Shown here: piece after piece, positions 49,607 to 59,308 of the stretch | Layout: every line of letters starts with the position of its first letter | How positions within the stretch are numbered: the stretch's first letter is position 1 | Assembly (NCBI GenBank): GCA_001001045.1 | Contig: LCIL01000001.1 | Span: 442-64,441 of the forward strand | Length of the DNA stretch: 64,000 nucleotides | Direction of reading: 5' to 3' | Source: Candidatus Woesebacteria bacterium GW2011_GWA1_44_23 | GTDB lineage: Bacteria > Patescibacteriota > Microgenomatia > UBA8517 | Made by a program: the position numbers and the translations under genes | Notes under the pieces: generated by a model | What the model was told of the DNA's origin: nothing | Seen by the model: only the letters and a program-made list of their open reading frames with translations | Databases searched by the model: none

Positions 49607-50800
49607 ATGGCAGGAGAAGCTAAGAAAAAATTTGAAAGAGTGAAGCCGCACGTAAATATAGGCACCATCGGTCATGTCGACCATGGTAAGACAACCTTGA
49701 CCAGTGCCATCACCATGGTTTTGGCCAAAAAAGGACTTGCCGTTGCCAAAAAATACGAAGATATCGATTCAGCTCCGGAGGAAAGAGAACGCGGTGTCAC
49801 GATTAACCTCTCCCACCAGGAATACGAAACAGAAAAACGCCACTACGCCCACATCGACGCTCCAGGTCACGCGGATTACATCAAAAACATGATCACGGGT
49901 GCCGCCCAAATGGACGGAGCTATCTTGGTTGTCTCCGCGGCTGATGGGCCAATGCCTCAGACAAGAGAACATGTTATTTTGGCCAAACAGGTAAACGTCC
50001 CGGCAATCGTAGTTTTCCTTAACAAAGTCGACATGGTAGACGATAAGGAACTGATTGATTTGGTCGAAGCCGATGTCCGTGAACTTCTTAAGAAGTACGG
50101 TTATCCGGGAGATGAGGTGCCAGTCATTAGGGGTTCTGCCTTGAAGGCCGTTGAAGGCGATGCTGAAGCCGAAAAGGAAATAGTTGCCTTAATGGAGGCG
50201 GTTGATAAATACATCCCGGATCCGGTGCGTGAAGTGGATAAGCCTTTCTTAATGGCTGTAGAGGACGTCTTTACCATTCAAGGACGCGGTACGGTCGTTA
50301 CAGGACGTGTGGATAGAGGTAAAATCAAGGTCAATGAAGAGATAGAAATTGTGGGACTTAAAGCTACACAAAAGTCAGTTGTTACCGGACTTGAAATGTT
50401 CAGAAAAACTCTGGATGAGGCTATGGCCGGAGACAACATTGGAGTATTACTTCGTGGAATTGAAAAAGATCAAGTAGAACGCGGACAAGTTTTAGCTAAG
50501 ACCGGTTCCTTGACTCCTCACACAGAATTTGAGGCCGAAGTTTATATTTTAAGCAAGGAGGAAGGTGGACGTCACACTCCATTTTTCACAGGCTATAAGC
50601 CTCAGTTCTACATCAAGACCGCCGATATTACGGGTGAGGCCACTCTTCCCGAGGGAATTGAGATGGTTATGCCTGGGGATAATGCCAAGATGAAGATCAA
50701 ACTTATTTCCCCCGTAGCCATGGAAGAAGGATTCAGATTCGCAATTCGTGAAGGCGGTCACACTGTTGGCGATGGAGTAATCACAAAGATAATCGCCTAA
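49607..50800 (+). CDS. tuf: Elongation factor Tu
   Basis: [23 protein letters not shown]. 397 aa. Confidence 0.97.
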   Translation: MAGEAKKKFERVKPHVNIGTIGHVDHGKTTLTSAITMVLAKKGLAVAKKYEDIDSAPEERERGVTINLSHQEYETEKRHYAHIDAPGHADYIKNMITGAAQMDGAILVVSAADGPMPQTREHVILAKQVNVPAIVVFLNKVDMVDDKELIDLVEADVRELLKKYGYPGDEVPVIRGSALKAVEGDAEAEKEIVALMEAVDKYIPDPVREVDKPFLMAVEDVFTIQGRGTVVTGRVDRGKIKVNEEIEIVGLKATQKSVVTGLEMFRKTLDEAMAGDNIGVLLRGIEKDQVERGQVLAKTGSLTPHTEFEAEVYILSKEEGGRHTPFFTGYKPQFYIKTADITGEATLPEGIEMVMPGDNAKMKIKLISPVAMEEGFRFAIREGGHTVGDGVITKIIA

Positions 50801-50819
50801 AGTAAGCACATTAACCTAG

Positions 50820-51119
50820 ATGGCAAGCTCAAGACTTAGAGTAAAACTCAAAAGTTACGATCATCGAGTTTTAGACGAGGCGGCAGCAAAGATAATCGAT
50901 ACCTACTGGTGCGAAAATAGTCGGACCGATACCCCTCCCCACCAACAGGACCATGATGGCCATCAAGGAATCTCCATTTACAGACAAAGACGCACAGGAA
51001 CACTACGAAGTTTTGGTGCACAAAAGACTGATAGATATAATTGACCCTTCCCCTAGGACTGTTGATTCTCTTGGAAATCTTGATCTCCCCGCCGGAGTTT
51101 CCATTGAGATTAAGATGTA
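50820..51119 (+). pseudogene. rpsJ: 30S ribosomal protein S10 gene with an apparent +1 frameshift near 50904
   Basis: Frame A gives [28 protein letters not shown] (S10 N-terminus), then non-S10 sequence. The frame starting at 50905 gives [71 protein letters not shown], the S10 remainder ending at 51119. Confidence 0.75.
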
Positions 51120-51994
51120 AAGGTCCTTCCTTTCACATTAACTTTACACCACAGGGGATTATCCACAACGATTGAAGCCCTCCAGAAAAAGTTATAGATA
51201 TAGGCAGGCAAAATAGGCTCAAAGTATTTCATACACGGCCTTAAAATTTTGGCCAAATTCCAAACAAAATCCGGGGTTTTGATTTGGCTATACATTTTTC
51301 CCTTTCCAGTTGCAATTTCTTTAAATATTTCCGACAGGGTTAATTTTTGTGCTGCTATGGATACTATTCTTGGTTTTTCAGGGGCAGCCAAGGAAGATTT
51401 TAAAATAAATTTCGCCGCGTCTTCAACATTAATTAATGCCACTTTTCCCGGCCAATTTAGCCTCGAAAATGGCGAATTTTTATCTACGAGATTCCTCAAG
51501 AAGTTTAAAAAGCTGTTTTTTCTAGGATTTTCTCCCCAAACAGTCGGGAGTCTTATGATCGTCAATCTGAATTTTTGTTTTTTAGCCGCCTCCAAAAGTA
51601 TTTTTTCGGCTTCAAGTTTTGTTTTTCCGTATCTGTTGTTTGTTGCCGGTTTTGTTTTTCCGTCAATTGGTTTAACCGTATCCCGTCTTCCTGAAAAAAC
51701 TGCTTGAGAACTTGTAAATACAAAGTGTGTTTTTGGACCGATATTTTTTAGATTTTTGATCAAATTAGTGGTACCGGTATCATTGCACCTCTGGTCGGAC
51801 TTTGCGGTATCGGTTGCAGCCGCCATGTGGATAATTAATCTGGGACTGTCCGGAAGCCTGCCGAGATTTTTACCGGTTACAAGATCATATTTACTCTTAT
51901 ACACGAAAAATATTTCTTCATTTTTGTACCTCTTCTTAAGTAGCGGGGTAAGATAACTTCCAATAAACCCCGTTCCTCCCGTAACGATAATCAT
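51110..51994 (-). CDS. NAD-dependent epimerase/dehydratase (extended SDR)
   Basis: [12 protein letters not shown] Rossmann motif. YGKTK catalytic Tyr/Lys. Convergent with rpsJ, overlapping it by 10 nt. Confidence 0.75.
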   Translation of the reverse strand: MIIVTGGTGFIGSYLTPLLKKRYKNEEIFFVYKSKYDLVTGKNLGRLPDSPRLIIHMAAATDTAKSDQRCNDTGTTNLIKNLKNIGPKTHFVFTSSQAVFSGRRDTVKPIDGKTKPATNNRYGKTKLEAEKILLEAAKKQKFRLTIIRLPTVWGENPRKNSFLNFLRNLVDKNSPFSRLNWPGKVALINVEDAAKFILKSSLAAPEKPRIVSIAAQKLTLSEIFKEIATGKGKMYSQIKTPDFVWNLAKILRPCMKYFEPILPAYIYNFFWRASIVVDNPLWCKVNVKGRTFTS

Positions 51995-52014
51995 TAGGCT
52001 ATAATACCGCTAGG

Positions 52015-52992
52015 ATGCAAAAACATAAATGGTTAATAATCTCGTTGGTTTTGTCCGTATTTTTGATGTTTTTTCGGTTTAGCCATGGAATTATTCAACA
52101 GGACAACTATACAGGTTATGCCCAAGCTCTGCCCGACTCAGTCAGTAAAATTTCCTTTTTTGAGTCACGTCTTTTCCCGGGTCTGCCGATTTTGATTTAT
52201 TTAGCTACTTTTCTTGTACAAAATTATTACCTGGCCGGCTATCTGATAACATCGCTTTCATTCATTGGATCCTATTTTTTGCTTTACAAACTCACAAATT
52301 CAAAATTGAGCATCCTGCCCTTGGTTTTTCCGCCGGTTCTACTAAACATTGCGTCTTTAATTGATACGGAATTCCCCTTTATTTTCCTAATACTTTTAGG
52401 GTACTTTTTAATCAAAAAGGAAAAGTTTGCCTGGGCGTTTATGGCTATCGGCCTTTCGGTTTGGTTTAGGCTTGCGGGGGTGGCGGTAATGGCGGGTGTT
52501 TTTATGTATTTTCTAATCGAAAAGCGTCTAAGGAAGTTTGTTACTTATTTGCCTTATTTTTTGATTCCTGTTGCAGCTTTCCTAATATACAATGTTTATT
52601 TTTTCGGCCCCGCCAATCCCTTTTATCAGGTCTTTACTTACAAGGCGCTACACCCCGCGAGGATCAGTCTCGGTGTGATTCAACTGGCTGAAGATTTACT
52701 GCGTGCCTTTAGATGGGGTTGGTATAGGATTCTCATTTCAGGTTTGGCGTATATGCTTCTTTTTGCCGTCTTGTGGGTGAAATCGATTAAGATCAGAAGT
52801 TTGCCATTCTGGATAATTACAGGAATTTATTTTTTCACTTTAACGGTGAACCTGGTGCCCTTTCTGGAAAACTTAGGCAGGTATCTTGCTCCTACGGTTC
52901 CCCTTTTTTGGATTATTTTTCACAGCAGGGTAAAAAGCAACAAATGGGTATATTTTTTACTGCCTGTTTCGTTTGTCGTGGCCATCCTTTAG
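52015..52992 (+). CDS. polytopic membrane protein, possibly GT-C-like, hypothetical
   Basis: 325 aa with about 9 TM segments. Divergent from the epimerase across a 20-nt gap containing TATAAT. Confidence 0.4.
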   Translation: MQKHKWLIISLVLSVFLMFFRFSHGIIQQDNYTGYAQALPDSVSKISFFESRLFPGLPILIYLATFLVQNYYLAGYLITSLSFIGSYFLLYKLTNSKLSILPLVFPPVLLNIASLIDTEFPFIFLILLGYFLIKKEKFAWAFMAIGLSVWFRLAGVAVMAGVFMYFLIEKRLRKFVTYLPYFLIPVAAFLIYNVYFFGPANPFYQVFTYKALHPARISLGVIQLAEDLLRAFRWGWYRILISGLAYMLLFAVLWVKSIKIRSLPFWIITGIYFFTLTVNLVPFLENLGRYLAPTVPLFWIIFHSRVKSNKWVYFLLPVSFVVAIL

Positions 52993-52998
52993 CCACTC

Positions 52999-53027
52999 TT
53001 GCGTGACCCCGCTCCATTTGGTATAAT
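52999..53027 (+). promoter_or_regulatory. sigma70-like promoter for the rplC operon (TTGCGT-17-TGGTATAAT, extended -10)
   Basis: TTGCGT at 52999-53004 and TATAAT at 53022-53027, preceded by TGG. Confidence 0.5.
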
Positions 53028-53095
53028 TCCCCTCGTAACATGCAAGTGGTTATGATAACAATTAGCCACGGTTGATCTTCAAGGTAGCCTTCCCA

Positions 53096-53121
53096 GGCGC
53101 CCTTTGAAGGCGCCTTTTTTT
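53096..53121 (+). terminator. Intrinsic-terminator-like hairpin (GGCGCC-7-GGCGCC-T7) in the rplC leader; putative attenuator
   Basis: A perfect 6-bp GC stem with a 7-nt loop, then TTTTTTT. It lies between the promoter (53022) and the rplC ATG (53167). Confidence 0.55.
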
Positions 53122-53166
53122 CGTTTACTGGCCCCGGAGCGTAAGCCGAGGGGTTCCAAAACCAAA

Positions 53167-53949
53167 ATGATTAATACCATATTAGGTTCAAAAGGAGTTA
53201 GTTCGCAGACCTTCATAGAAGGTTTTAGGATTCCCGTCACAAAAGTAGCGGCGGGACCTTGTGTCGTGACCCAGATTAAAAAAATGGACAGGGACGGCTA
53301 CTGGGCAATCCAACTCGGTTTTTCCTCAAAGAGGGCCAAAAATACTTCAAAACCGCTCCAAGGACACCTTAAAACAACCTCAAAAGATCAAACGTTCCCA
53401 CGATACATAAAAGAAGTTAGGGTGGAAAAGGAACCCGAATTTAAAATCGGAGATACGATAGTAGCCTCAGACGTTTTTAAACCGGGGGATGTTGTAGCCG
53501 TAACCGGAATATCAAAAGGTAAGGGGTTTGCCGGGGTAGTTAAGAAACATCATTTTAGAGGTGGTCCCCGAACCCACGGGCAGAGTGACCGTGAACGCGC
53601 ACCGGGATCGATCGGACAAACCACGACCCCCGGAAGGGTTTATAAAGGTAAAAAAATGGCGGGAAGAATGGGCGGAGTGCAGGCTACAATAAAAAATTTA
53701 CATATTGTTTCCGTTAATGCGGATAGCGGAGAAATTGAAATTTCAGGTCAAGTCCCGGGCAACTCTGGGTCTTTGATTTCTATTAAGAAAATCAAATCGG
53801 GAAGTCTTAAAGAGCTTGAGCGCGAAGTGGTTGCGCAGGTAGTTGAGGGTGAAGCTCCTGCCGAGGAAAATGCGGCTCCCGCAGGCCAAGAAAAACCCGC
53901 CGAGGAGCCAAAAACCGAAGCTCCCGCGACAGAGGCTGTTAAAGAATAA
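53167..53949 (+). CDS. rplC: 50S ribosomal protein L3 with Ala/Glu/Pro-rich C-terminal extension
   Basis: L3 core ([37 protein letters not shown]). Start at in-frame ATG 53167; the ORF opens at 53104 inside the hairpin. Confidence 0.9.
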   Translation: [260 protein letters not shown]

Positions 53950-53951
53950 AC

Positions 53952-54623
53952 ATGACCAAAATACAAGAATATACATCCAAAGGAGTAAAAGCGGGAGAAC
54001 AAACTCTCCCGAAGGAATTCGATCAAAAGATCAATATGGCTCTTTTAGCTCAGGTGGTACATGTTTTTGAAGAGAGATCCCACGTGGGTTTGAGAAAAAC
54101 CAAAACCAGAGCCGAGATTAACAGGACAACCAAAAAAGTTTACAAACAAAAAGGCACAGGCGGAGCGCGTCATGGAAGCCGAAGGGCTAATCTTTTTGTC
54201 GGTGGAGGTGTTGCTCTCGGGCCAAGACCGGTCAGAAGAGTTCTGAACATCTCAGATAAAATGAAAGAGCGTGCCAGACTTTTTGCCTACAATCTAAAAG
54301 CAAGTGAGGGCAATCTGGTTTTGGTAAAAGGTCTTTCCAAAATCGACAAGACCAAGTCTGTCTCGGAGCTTTGTAATGCTTTAACACAGGCGACCGGTGC
54401 CAAAAGATTCACCCTTATTCTTTCCGATGGGGGCAGAGACGTTGTCAAATATTTCAGAAATTTCAACTCAGCCAGCGCAATTTTTTGGAGGAACGCAAAC
54501 GCATACGACATTTTTGGCGGAGGGATGATAGTTTTGGATTCAGAAATTTTTCCAAAAAAGGTTGAAGCTAAGGCGAAAAAGGTTCAAGTTAAGGCAAAAG
54601 AGACGGTTAGTAAAGCTAAATAA
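53952..54623 (+). CDS. rplD: 50S ribosomal protein L4
   Basis: KGTGGARHGSRRANLFVGGGVALGPRP. Confidence 0.9.
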   Translation: MTKIQEYTSKGVKAGEQTLPKEFDQKINMALLAQVVHVFEERSHVGLRKTKTRAEINRTTKKVYKQKGTGGARHGSRRANLFVGGGVALGPRPVRRVLNISDKMKERARLFAYNLKASEGNLVLVKGLSKIDKTKSVSELCNALTQATGAKRFTLILSDGGRDVVKYFRNFNSASAIFWRNANAYDIFGGGMIVLDSEIFPKKVEAKAKKVQVKAKETVSKAK

Positions 54624-54627
54624 CTAA

Positions 54628-54903
54628 ATGATTAAGCCAATATTTACGGAAAAAAGCCTAAAAGCGGCCAAACTCGGCAATTACACATTTCGGGTTGAGC
54701 CCAGGATGGACAAAAAGAAGATCGCGGCAGAAGTCGCCGAGATCTTTGGGGTTACCGTAACTGGGGTAAGGACGATAAAAACCGGTGGGGAAAAGGGCAG
54801 AAATGCCCGCGGTAGGAACTTTTCGGTAAAAGCCAGTAAAAAGGCAATAATAACGCTTAAAGAAGGAGAAAAGATAGACATTTTTGAGGAGGGTAAAAAG
54901 TGA
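54628..54903 (+). CDS. rplW: 50S ribosomal protein L23
   Basis: 91 aa. IKPIFTEKSLKAAKLGNYTFRVEPRMDKKKIAAEVAEIFGV. Confidence 0.9.
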   Translation: MIKPIFTEKSLKAAKLGNYTFRVEPRMDKKKIAAEVAEIFGVTVTGVRTIKTGGEKGRNARGRNFSVKASKKAIITLKEGEKIDIFEEGKK

Positions 54904-55652
54904 AAAAATTAAAGACAATCTTACCAAAACAATCAGGACGCTCCCGCGGTAGAGTCACCGTAAGACACCAGGGAGGACGTGAGAAAAGGTTTCTCCGTCT
55001 TATCGATGCCAAAAGGAGCAAGAAAGATGTTTGGGGAAGGGTTTTGGCTATTGAATACGATCCCAATAGAAATGCCGAGGTAGCTTTGATATTATACGAA
55101 GACGGTGAAAGGCGCTATATCATTTGTCCGGAGGGGTTAACGGTTGGAGCCAAAGTTATAGCTTCGGAAGTGGCGCCGGTCGAGGTAGGCAACGCACTTC
55201 CCCTAAAAGCTATTCCGGTGGGAACTGCGATTCATAATATTGAGATATATAAAGGCAAAGGCGGGCAGATGGTTAAGGGAGCCGGAAGTGCAGCTACCGT
55301 TTTTGGTAAAGATGAAACTTGGGTTTTGGTTAAACTTCCGTCGGGGGAGATTAGGAGATTTGATCCGGAATGCATTGCAGAAATCGGACAAGTCGGAAAC
55401 ATTGACGCCAAGCATGAAGTTTTACATAAAGCCGGCAGGGTCAGACACATGGGAATCCGCCCGTCAGTACGGGGTACCGCAATGAATCCTCATTCACACC
55501 CGCACGGAGGCGGAGAAGGTAGAAGCGGAGTCGGAATGAAGTATCCAAAGACTGTTTACGGAAGACGTGCAGTAGGGAAAACCCGAAACAAAAAGAAATA
55601 TTCCAACCGTTTGATAATTCAAAGAAGAGGAGGTAAGGCAATTTTAGGCTAA
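54900..55652 (+). CDS. rplB: 50S ribosomal protein L2
   Basis: GRNSRGRVTVRHQGG-like N-terminus. C-terminal SVRGTAMNPHSHPHGGGEG. Confidence 0.95.
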   Translation: MKKLKTILPKQSGRSRGRVTVRHQGGREKRFLRLIDAKRSKKDVWGRVLAIEYDPNRNAEVALILYEDGERRYIICPEGLTVGAKVIASEVAPVEVGNALPLKAIPVGTAIHNIEIYKGKGGQMVKGAGSAATVFGKDETWVLVKLPSGEIRRFDPECIAEIGQVGNIDAKHEVLHKAGRVRHMGIRPSVRGTAMNPHSHPHGGGEGRSGVGMKYPKTVYGRRAVGKTRNKKKYSNRLIIQRRGGKAILG

Positions 55653-55655
55653 CTT

Positions 55656-55870
55656 ATGTCAAGAAGTTCTAAAAAAGGTCCGTTTGTAGACCCGATACTG
55701 GTCAAAAAAATTGAAAAAGGAATGGGGCTTAAGGAGAGTCCGATTAAGACGTGGTCAAGAAGATGCAGGCTTCCGAAGACATGGTAGGTCACGCCTTGGG
55801 TGAATTTTCGCCCACAAGAACATTTAGAGGACATGGAGAAATAGTAAAAAGGACGCTTGAGAAGACGTAA
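55656..55870 (+). pseudogene. rpsS: 30S ribosomal protein S19 gene with an internal deletion of about 61 nt
   Basis: N-fragment 55656-55787 gives [36 protein letters not shown] then a stop. Another frame from 55763 gives (MQAS)[31 protein letters not shown]. The roughly 24-aa conserved middle (TIxPxMVGxTIxVHNGKxxVPVxIT) is missing. Confidence 0.7.
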
Positions 55871-56307
55871 TGCAAATGGATAAAGAATTTAAAGCAACAC
55901 AAAAATATCTTTTGATGAGTCCTAGAAAAATCAGGCTAGTTGTGGGGATTGTCAAAAAGATGAAGCCGGTAGAAGCCATAGAGAAGTTGCCTTTTGTTCA
56001 AAAAAGAGCAGGGTCAGAGCTTGCCAAAGTTATAAAAAGCGCCATTGCCTCCGCAAAAAATGCGGGAGTAAGTGAGACCGACTTGGTTTTTAAGGAGATT
56101 CAGATAGGTGAGGGACCAAGACTTAAAAGGGGAAGAGCTGCCAGCCGCGGTATGTGGCATCCTTTCAAAAGAAGAATGAGCCATATCAGAGTAATTTTGG
56201 CATCAACCAAGCCTCAGGCAGAAAAGAAAGAGGAAAAACTGGCTGAGATAAAAGTGAAAGTTGAAAAACCAGCCGAGAAGGTCAAGGAAAAAGAGGTAAA
56301 AAAATAA
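55870..56307 (+). CDS. rplV: 50S ribosomal protein L22 with Lys/Glu-rich C-terminal extension
   Basis: YLLMSPRKIRLVVGIVKKMKPVEAIEKLPFV and the L22 core. Confidence 0.9.
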   Translation: MQMDKEFKATQKYLLMSPRKIRLVVGIVKKMKPVEAIEKLPFVQKRAGSELAKVIKSAIASAKNAGVSETDLVFKEIQIGEGPRLKRGRAASRGMWHPFKRRMSHIRVILASTKPQAEKKEEKLAEIKVKVEKPAEKVKEKEVKK

Positions 56308-56308
56308 T

Positions 56309-56959
56309 ATGGGACAAAAAGTCAATCCAACCGGTATAAGAATAGGCCATTTCCTCCCTTGGAAATCAAGGTGGTTTGGTGATCAGGGAAGTTTCAAAGA
56401 TTTTTTGATTGAGGATATAAGAATCAGAAAAGGTCTTACCAAAAAATTGAAGCTGGCGGGCATAACCGGAGTGGAAATTGAAAGACTCCCAAAGAGCATG
56501 GTAGTAATCATTACCGTAAGCCGGCCAGGAGTCGTAATCGGCCGCGGCGGAACCGGAATAGAGGATGTTAAAAAGTATATCTTGGGAATTATGAGTGAAG
56601 TCAGGGGCAAAGTTGTAAAAGACCTTAAAATTGACATCAGAATTAATGAGGTTAAAAATCCGGAACTATCGGCATATTTAGTCGCAGAAAGAATCGCTGG
56701 GGAGATGGAGAGAAGAATACCTCACAGGCGCGCAACGCAAAAGGCGATGGAAAGAGTGATGGCCTCGGGGGCTCTGGGGGTTAAGGTGGTTATCGGAGGA
56801 CGTATTAATGGAGCGGAAATCAGCCGGGTTGAAAAGTTCCATCAGGGGTCGGTTCCGGCACAAACCTTAAGAGAAATCATTGATTATGCACAGGTTCCGG
56901 CGCTACTCCAGAGAGGCTACGTCGGAGTTAAAGTCTGGATACATAAAAAGCAGGAGTAA
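56309..56959 (+). CDS. rpsC: 30S ribosomal protein S3
   Basis: MGQKVNPTGIRIG, KH domain, C-terminal domain. Confidence 0.95.
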   Translation: MGQKVNPTGIRIGHFLPWKSRWFGDQGSFKDFLIEDIRIRKGLTKKLKLAGITGVEIERLPKSMVVIITVSRPGVVIGRGGTGIEDVKKYILGIMSEVRGKVVKDLKIDIRINEVKNPELSAYLVAERIAGEMERRIPHRRATQKAMERVMASGALGVKVVIGGRINGAEISRVEKFHQGSVPAQTLREIIDYAQVPALLQRGYVGVKVWIHKKQE

Positions 56960-56965
56960 ATTAAA

Positions 56966-57379
56966 ATGTTACAACCAAAACGAAGAAAATACATAAAAGA
57001 ATTCAGAGGGAGAAGGCGCGGAGCCGCCACCCGTGGAAGCGTTATTTCTTTTGGAGATTTTGGCATGAAAGCCCAGGAGGTAGCTTGGGTAACTTCTGCC
57101 CAGATTGAGTCGGCAAGGCGTACAATTACGCATAGTCTTAAAAAAGGCGGGAGAGTTTGGGTAAGAATTTTTCCGGATAAGCCGATTACATCCAGGCCCG
57201 CCGGAAAAAGAATGGGAGGAGGAAAAGGAGATATTTCCACTTATGTGGCAGTTGTCAGGCCCGGAATGATTCTTTTCGAAGTTGCAGGGGCAGACCCCGT
57301 AATTATACGGGAGGCATTTAGGAAAGCCTCCGCAAAGTTACCCATTGACATAAAAATAGTGAGCAGGGAAGAAGATTAA
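56966..57379 (+). CDS. rplP: 50S ribosomal protein L16
   Basis: MLQPKRRKYIKEFRGRRRG...RMGGGKG. Confidence 0.95.
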   Translation: MLQPKRRKYIKEFRGRRRGAATRGSVISFGDFGMKAQEVAWVTSAQIESARRTITHSLKKGGRVWVRIFPDKPITSRPAGKRMGGGKGDISTYVAVVRPGMILFEVAGADPVIIREAFRKASAKLPIDIKIVSREED

Positions 57380-57387
57380 TTTCTATC

Positions 57388-57624
57388 ATGAAAAGAAAAG
57401 ATTACATTGACTTAAAAGGAAAGACAATCAAAGAATTGATCAAAATGGCATCCGATAAAAAGACGGAGTCTGTCAAAAAGAAGATGCAAATTTTGGGTGG
57501 AAAAGAGAAAAACCTGAAGGTGTATAGGAATTTGCGGGCAGAAATTGCTAAAATACTAACCTTGATCCGCGAAAAAGAGATTCTTGAGAAAGTGCAGCCC
57601 AAAGAAGTTGAAACTAAAAAATGA
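57388..57624 (+). CDS. rpmC: 50S ribosomal protein L29
   Basis: 78 aa helical protein in the conserved position between rplP and rpsQ. ELIKMASDKKTESVKKKMQ. Confidence 0.8.
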   Translation: MKRKDYIDLKGKTIKELIKMASDKKTESVKKKMQILGGKEKNLKVYRNLRAEIAKILTLIREKEILEKVQPKEVETKK

Positions 57625-57869
57625 AAATTTTTACCGGTAAAGTAATCGCAACGAAAACCGCCAAAACCGCCACTGTTGCTGTGGAGAGGATGACCATTCA
57701 CCCGCTTTATAAAAAGAGGCTGAAAAGAATAACCAAATATCAAGTTCACGACGAGACTGGGGTTACGGTTGGCGATCATGTTAAATTTGTTGGCAGCCGT
57801 CCTTATTCCAAAACTAAGAAGTGGAAAATAATAGAAATTGTGTCTGAAAAGAAAGGAAAGGCAAAGTAA
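57621..57869 (+). CDS. rpsQ: 30S ribosomal protein S17
   Basis: FTGKVIATKTAKTATVAVERMTIHPLYKKRLKRITKYQVHDE. Confidence 0.9.
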   Translation: MKIFTGKVIATKTAKTATVAVERMTIHPLYKKRLKRITKYQVHDETGVTVGDHVKFVGSRPYSKTKKWKIIEIVSEKKGKAK

Positions 57870-57870
57870 T

Positions 57871-58236
57871 ATGTTGCAACTAAGGACAATGATGGTACCG
57901 GCGGATAACAGTGGAGCCAAGAGAATTATGATAATCGGAGTTCCCGGAAGAGTCGGCAGATTCGCCAGTCTCGGGGATGTTGTCTTGGGAGTTGTCAAAG
58001 GGGCCGACCCGGCAGGTATTGTAGCCGATCATGAAAAAGTAAGAGTTTTAATAGTTAGGACACACAAAGAGGTTGGGAGGAAAGACGGCAGCTACGTCAG
58101 GTTCGACGATAATGCCGGAGTAGTTATCGATAAACAAGGCTTACCCCGGGGAACCAGGATCTTGGGCCCAATTGCCAGAGAAATTAAAGAAGCCGGTTAC
58201 AATAAAATTGCGTCATTGGCAAGGGAGGTAGTCTAA
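57871..58236 (+). CDS. rplN: 50S ribosomal protein L14
   Basis: MLQLRTMMVPADNSGAKRIMIIGV. In-frame ATG at 57871. Confidence 0.95.
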   Translation: MLQLRTMMVPADNSGAKRIMIIGVPGRVGRFASLGDVVLGVVKGADPAGIVADHEKVRVLIVRTHKEVGRKDGSYVRFDDNAGVVIDKQGLPRGTRILGPIAREIKEAGYNKIASLAREVV

Positions 58237-58256
58237 CAGTTTGTACCGAAAAATCT

Positions 58257-58571
58257 ATGATTAAATTTAAAAAAGGTGACACAGTCAAGATAATGATAGG
58301 AAAAGACAAAGGAAGAGAGGCTAAAATTGAAAAAATCTTACCTACCGAAGGAAAAGTTCTGATTCCGGGCGTGAACCTTTATAAAAAGCACGTCAAAGGT
58401 TTTGGTGACGTTAAGGGTGGGGTTTATGATATTCCAAGACCCCTGGATTTTGGCAAGATTGCACTTGTTTGTCCGAAATGTAAGAAAATAACCAGAGTCG
58501 GCTTTAAATTTGCCGGGGAAGACAAAGTAAGAGTTTGTAAAAAGTGCAGAAAGGAAATTGATACAAAATGA
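58257..58571 (+). CDS. rplX: 50S ribosomal protein L24 with C-terminal CxxC...CxxC zinc ribbon
   Basis: KOW domain (IKFKKGDTVKIMIGKDKGREAKI), then CPKCKK...CKKCRK. Confidence 0.85.
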   Translation: MIKFKKGDTVKIMIGKDKGREAKIEKILPTEGKVLIPGVNLYKKHVKGFGDVKGGVYDIPRPLDFGKIALVCPKCKKITRVGFKFAGEDKVRVCKKCRKEIDTK

Positions 58572-59125
58572 TCACCAGATTACAAGAAAAATTTGAAAAG
58601 GAAGTAAAAGGAACTCTCGCGAAAGAGTTCGACATAAAAAATATCCATGCAATTCCGAGAGTTGCCAAGGTGGTTATCAATATGGGAGTCGGAGCCGCCG
58701 CCAAAAATCAACAGCAGATGGACAGTTTGAAGCGTGATATTGCGGCCATTACGGGGCAGACTCCTTCGGTAAGGAATGCCAAAGTTTCGATCGCGAGTTT
58801 TTCTCTTCGTGCCGGGATGCCTGTCGGGCTCAGTGTTACCCTGAGGGGCGAGCGCATGTATTCATTTTTGGACCGGCTTTTTTCAATAGCTCTCCCGAGA
58901 CTCCGTGATTTCAGGGGGGTATCTTTGAAGTCTTTTGATAAAATGGGCAATTACACCCTGGGGTTTGAAGAACACACGGTTTTTCCGGAAGTCGATCCTT
59001 CCAAGGCAGCTGCCGCCCACGGATTGGAGATAACCATAGTTACAACTGCGGGAACTCCCGAAAAATCAAAAAAACTATTGGAGCTTTTGGGATGTCCGTT
59101 TACCAAGGAGGAAACCAAAAAATGA
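58568..59125 (+). CDS. rplE: 50S ribosomal protein L5
   Basis: [38 protein letters not shown]. Confidence 0.95.
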   Translation: MITRLQEKFEKEVKGTLAKEFDIKNIHAIPRVAKVVINMGVGAAAKNQQQMDSLKRDIAAITGQTPSVRNAKVSIASFSLRAGMPVGLSVTLRGERMYSFLDRLFSIALPRLRDFRGVSLKSFDKMGNYTLGFEEHTVFPEVDPSKAAAAHGLEITIVTTAGTPEKSKKLLELLGCPFTKEETKK

Positions 59126-59307
59126 GCACGACAGCAAAGGAAGTAAGAGAAACTAAAAAATTAAAGTTTAAAGTCAGATACCACAATAGGTGCAAACTCT
59201 GCGGGAGGTCCCGTGGATACCTGCGCAGATATGGTATTTGCAGACTTTGTTTCAGGGAATATGCCCTAAAGGGCGAAATCCCCGGGGTTAGAAAGGCATC
59301 CTGGTAA
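59122..59307 (+). CDS. rpsZ: 30S ribosomal protein S14, zinc-binding type Z
   Basis: 61 aa with [20 protein letters not shown]. Confidence 0.9.
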   Translation: MSTTAKEVRETKKLKFKVRYHNRCKLCGRSRGYLRRYGICRLCFREYALKGEIPGVRKASW

Positions 59308-59308
59308 T

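Noticed and set aside
50895-50915. Programmed +1 ribosomal frameshift in rpsJ
   Set aside because: No zero-frame stop codon, rare codon or slippery homopolymer at the junction, unlike the prfB CUU-UGA site. A sequencing or assembly indel is more parsimonious.
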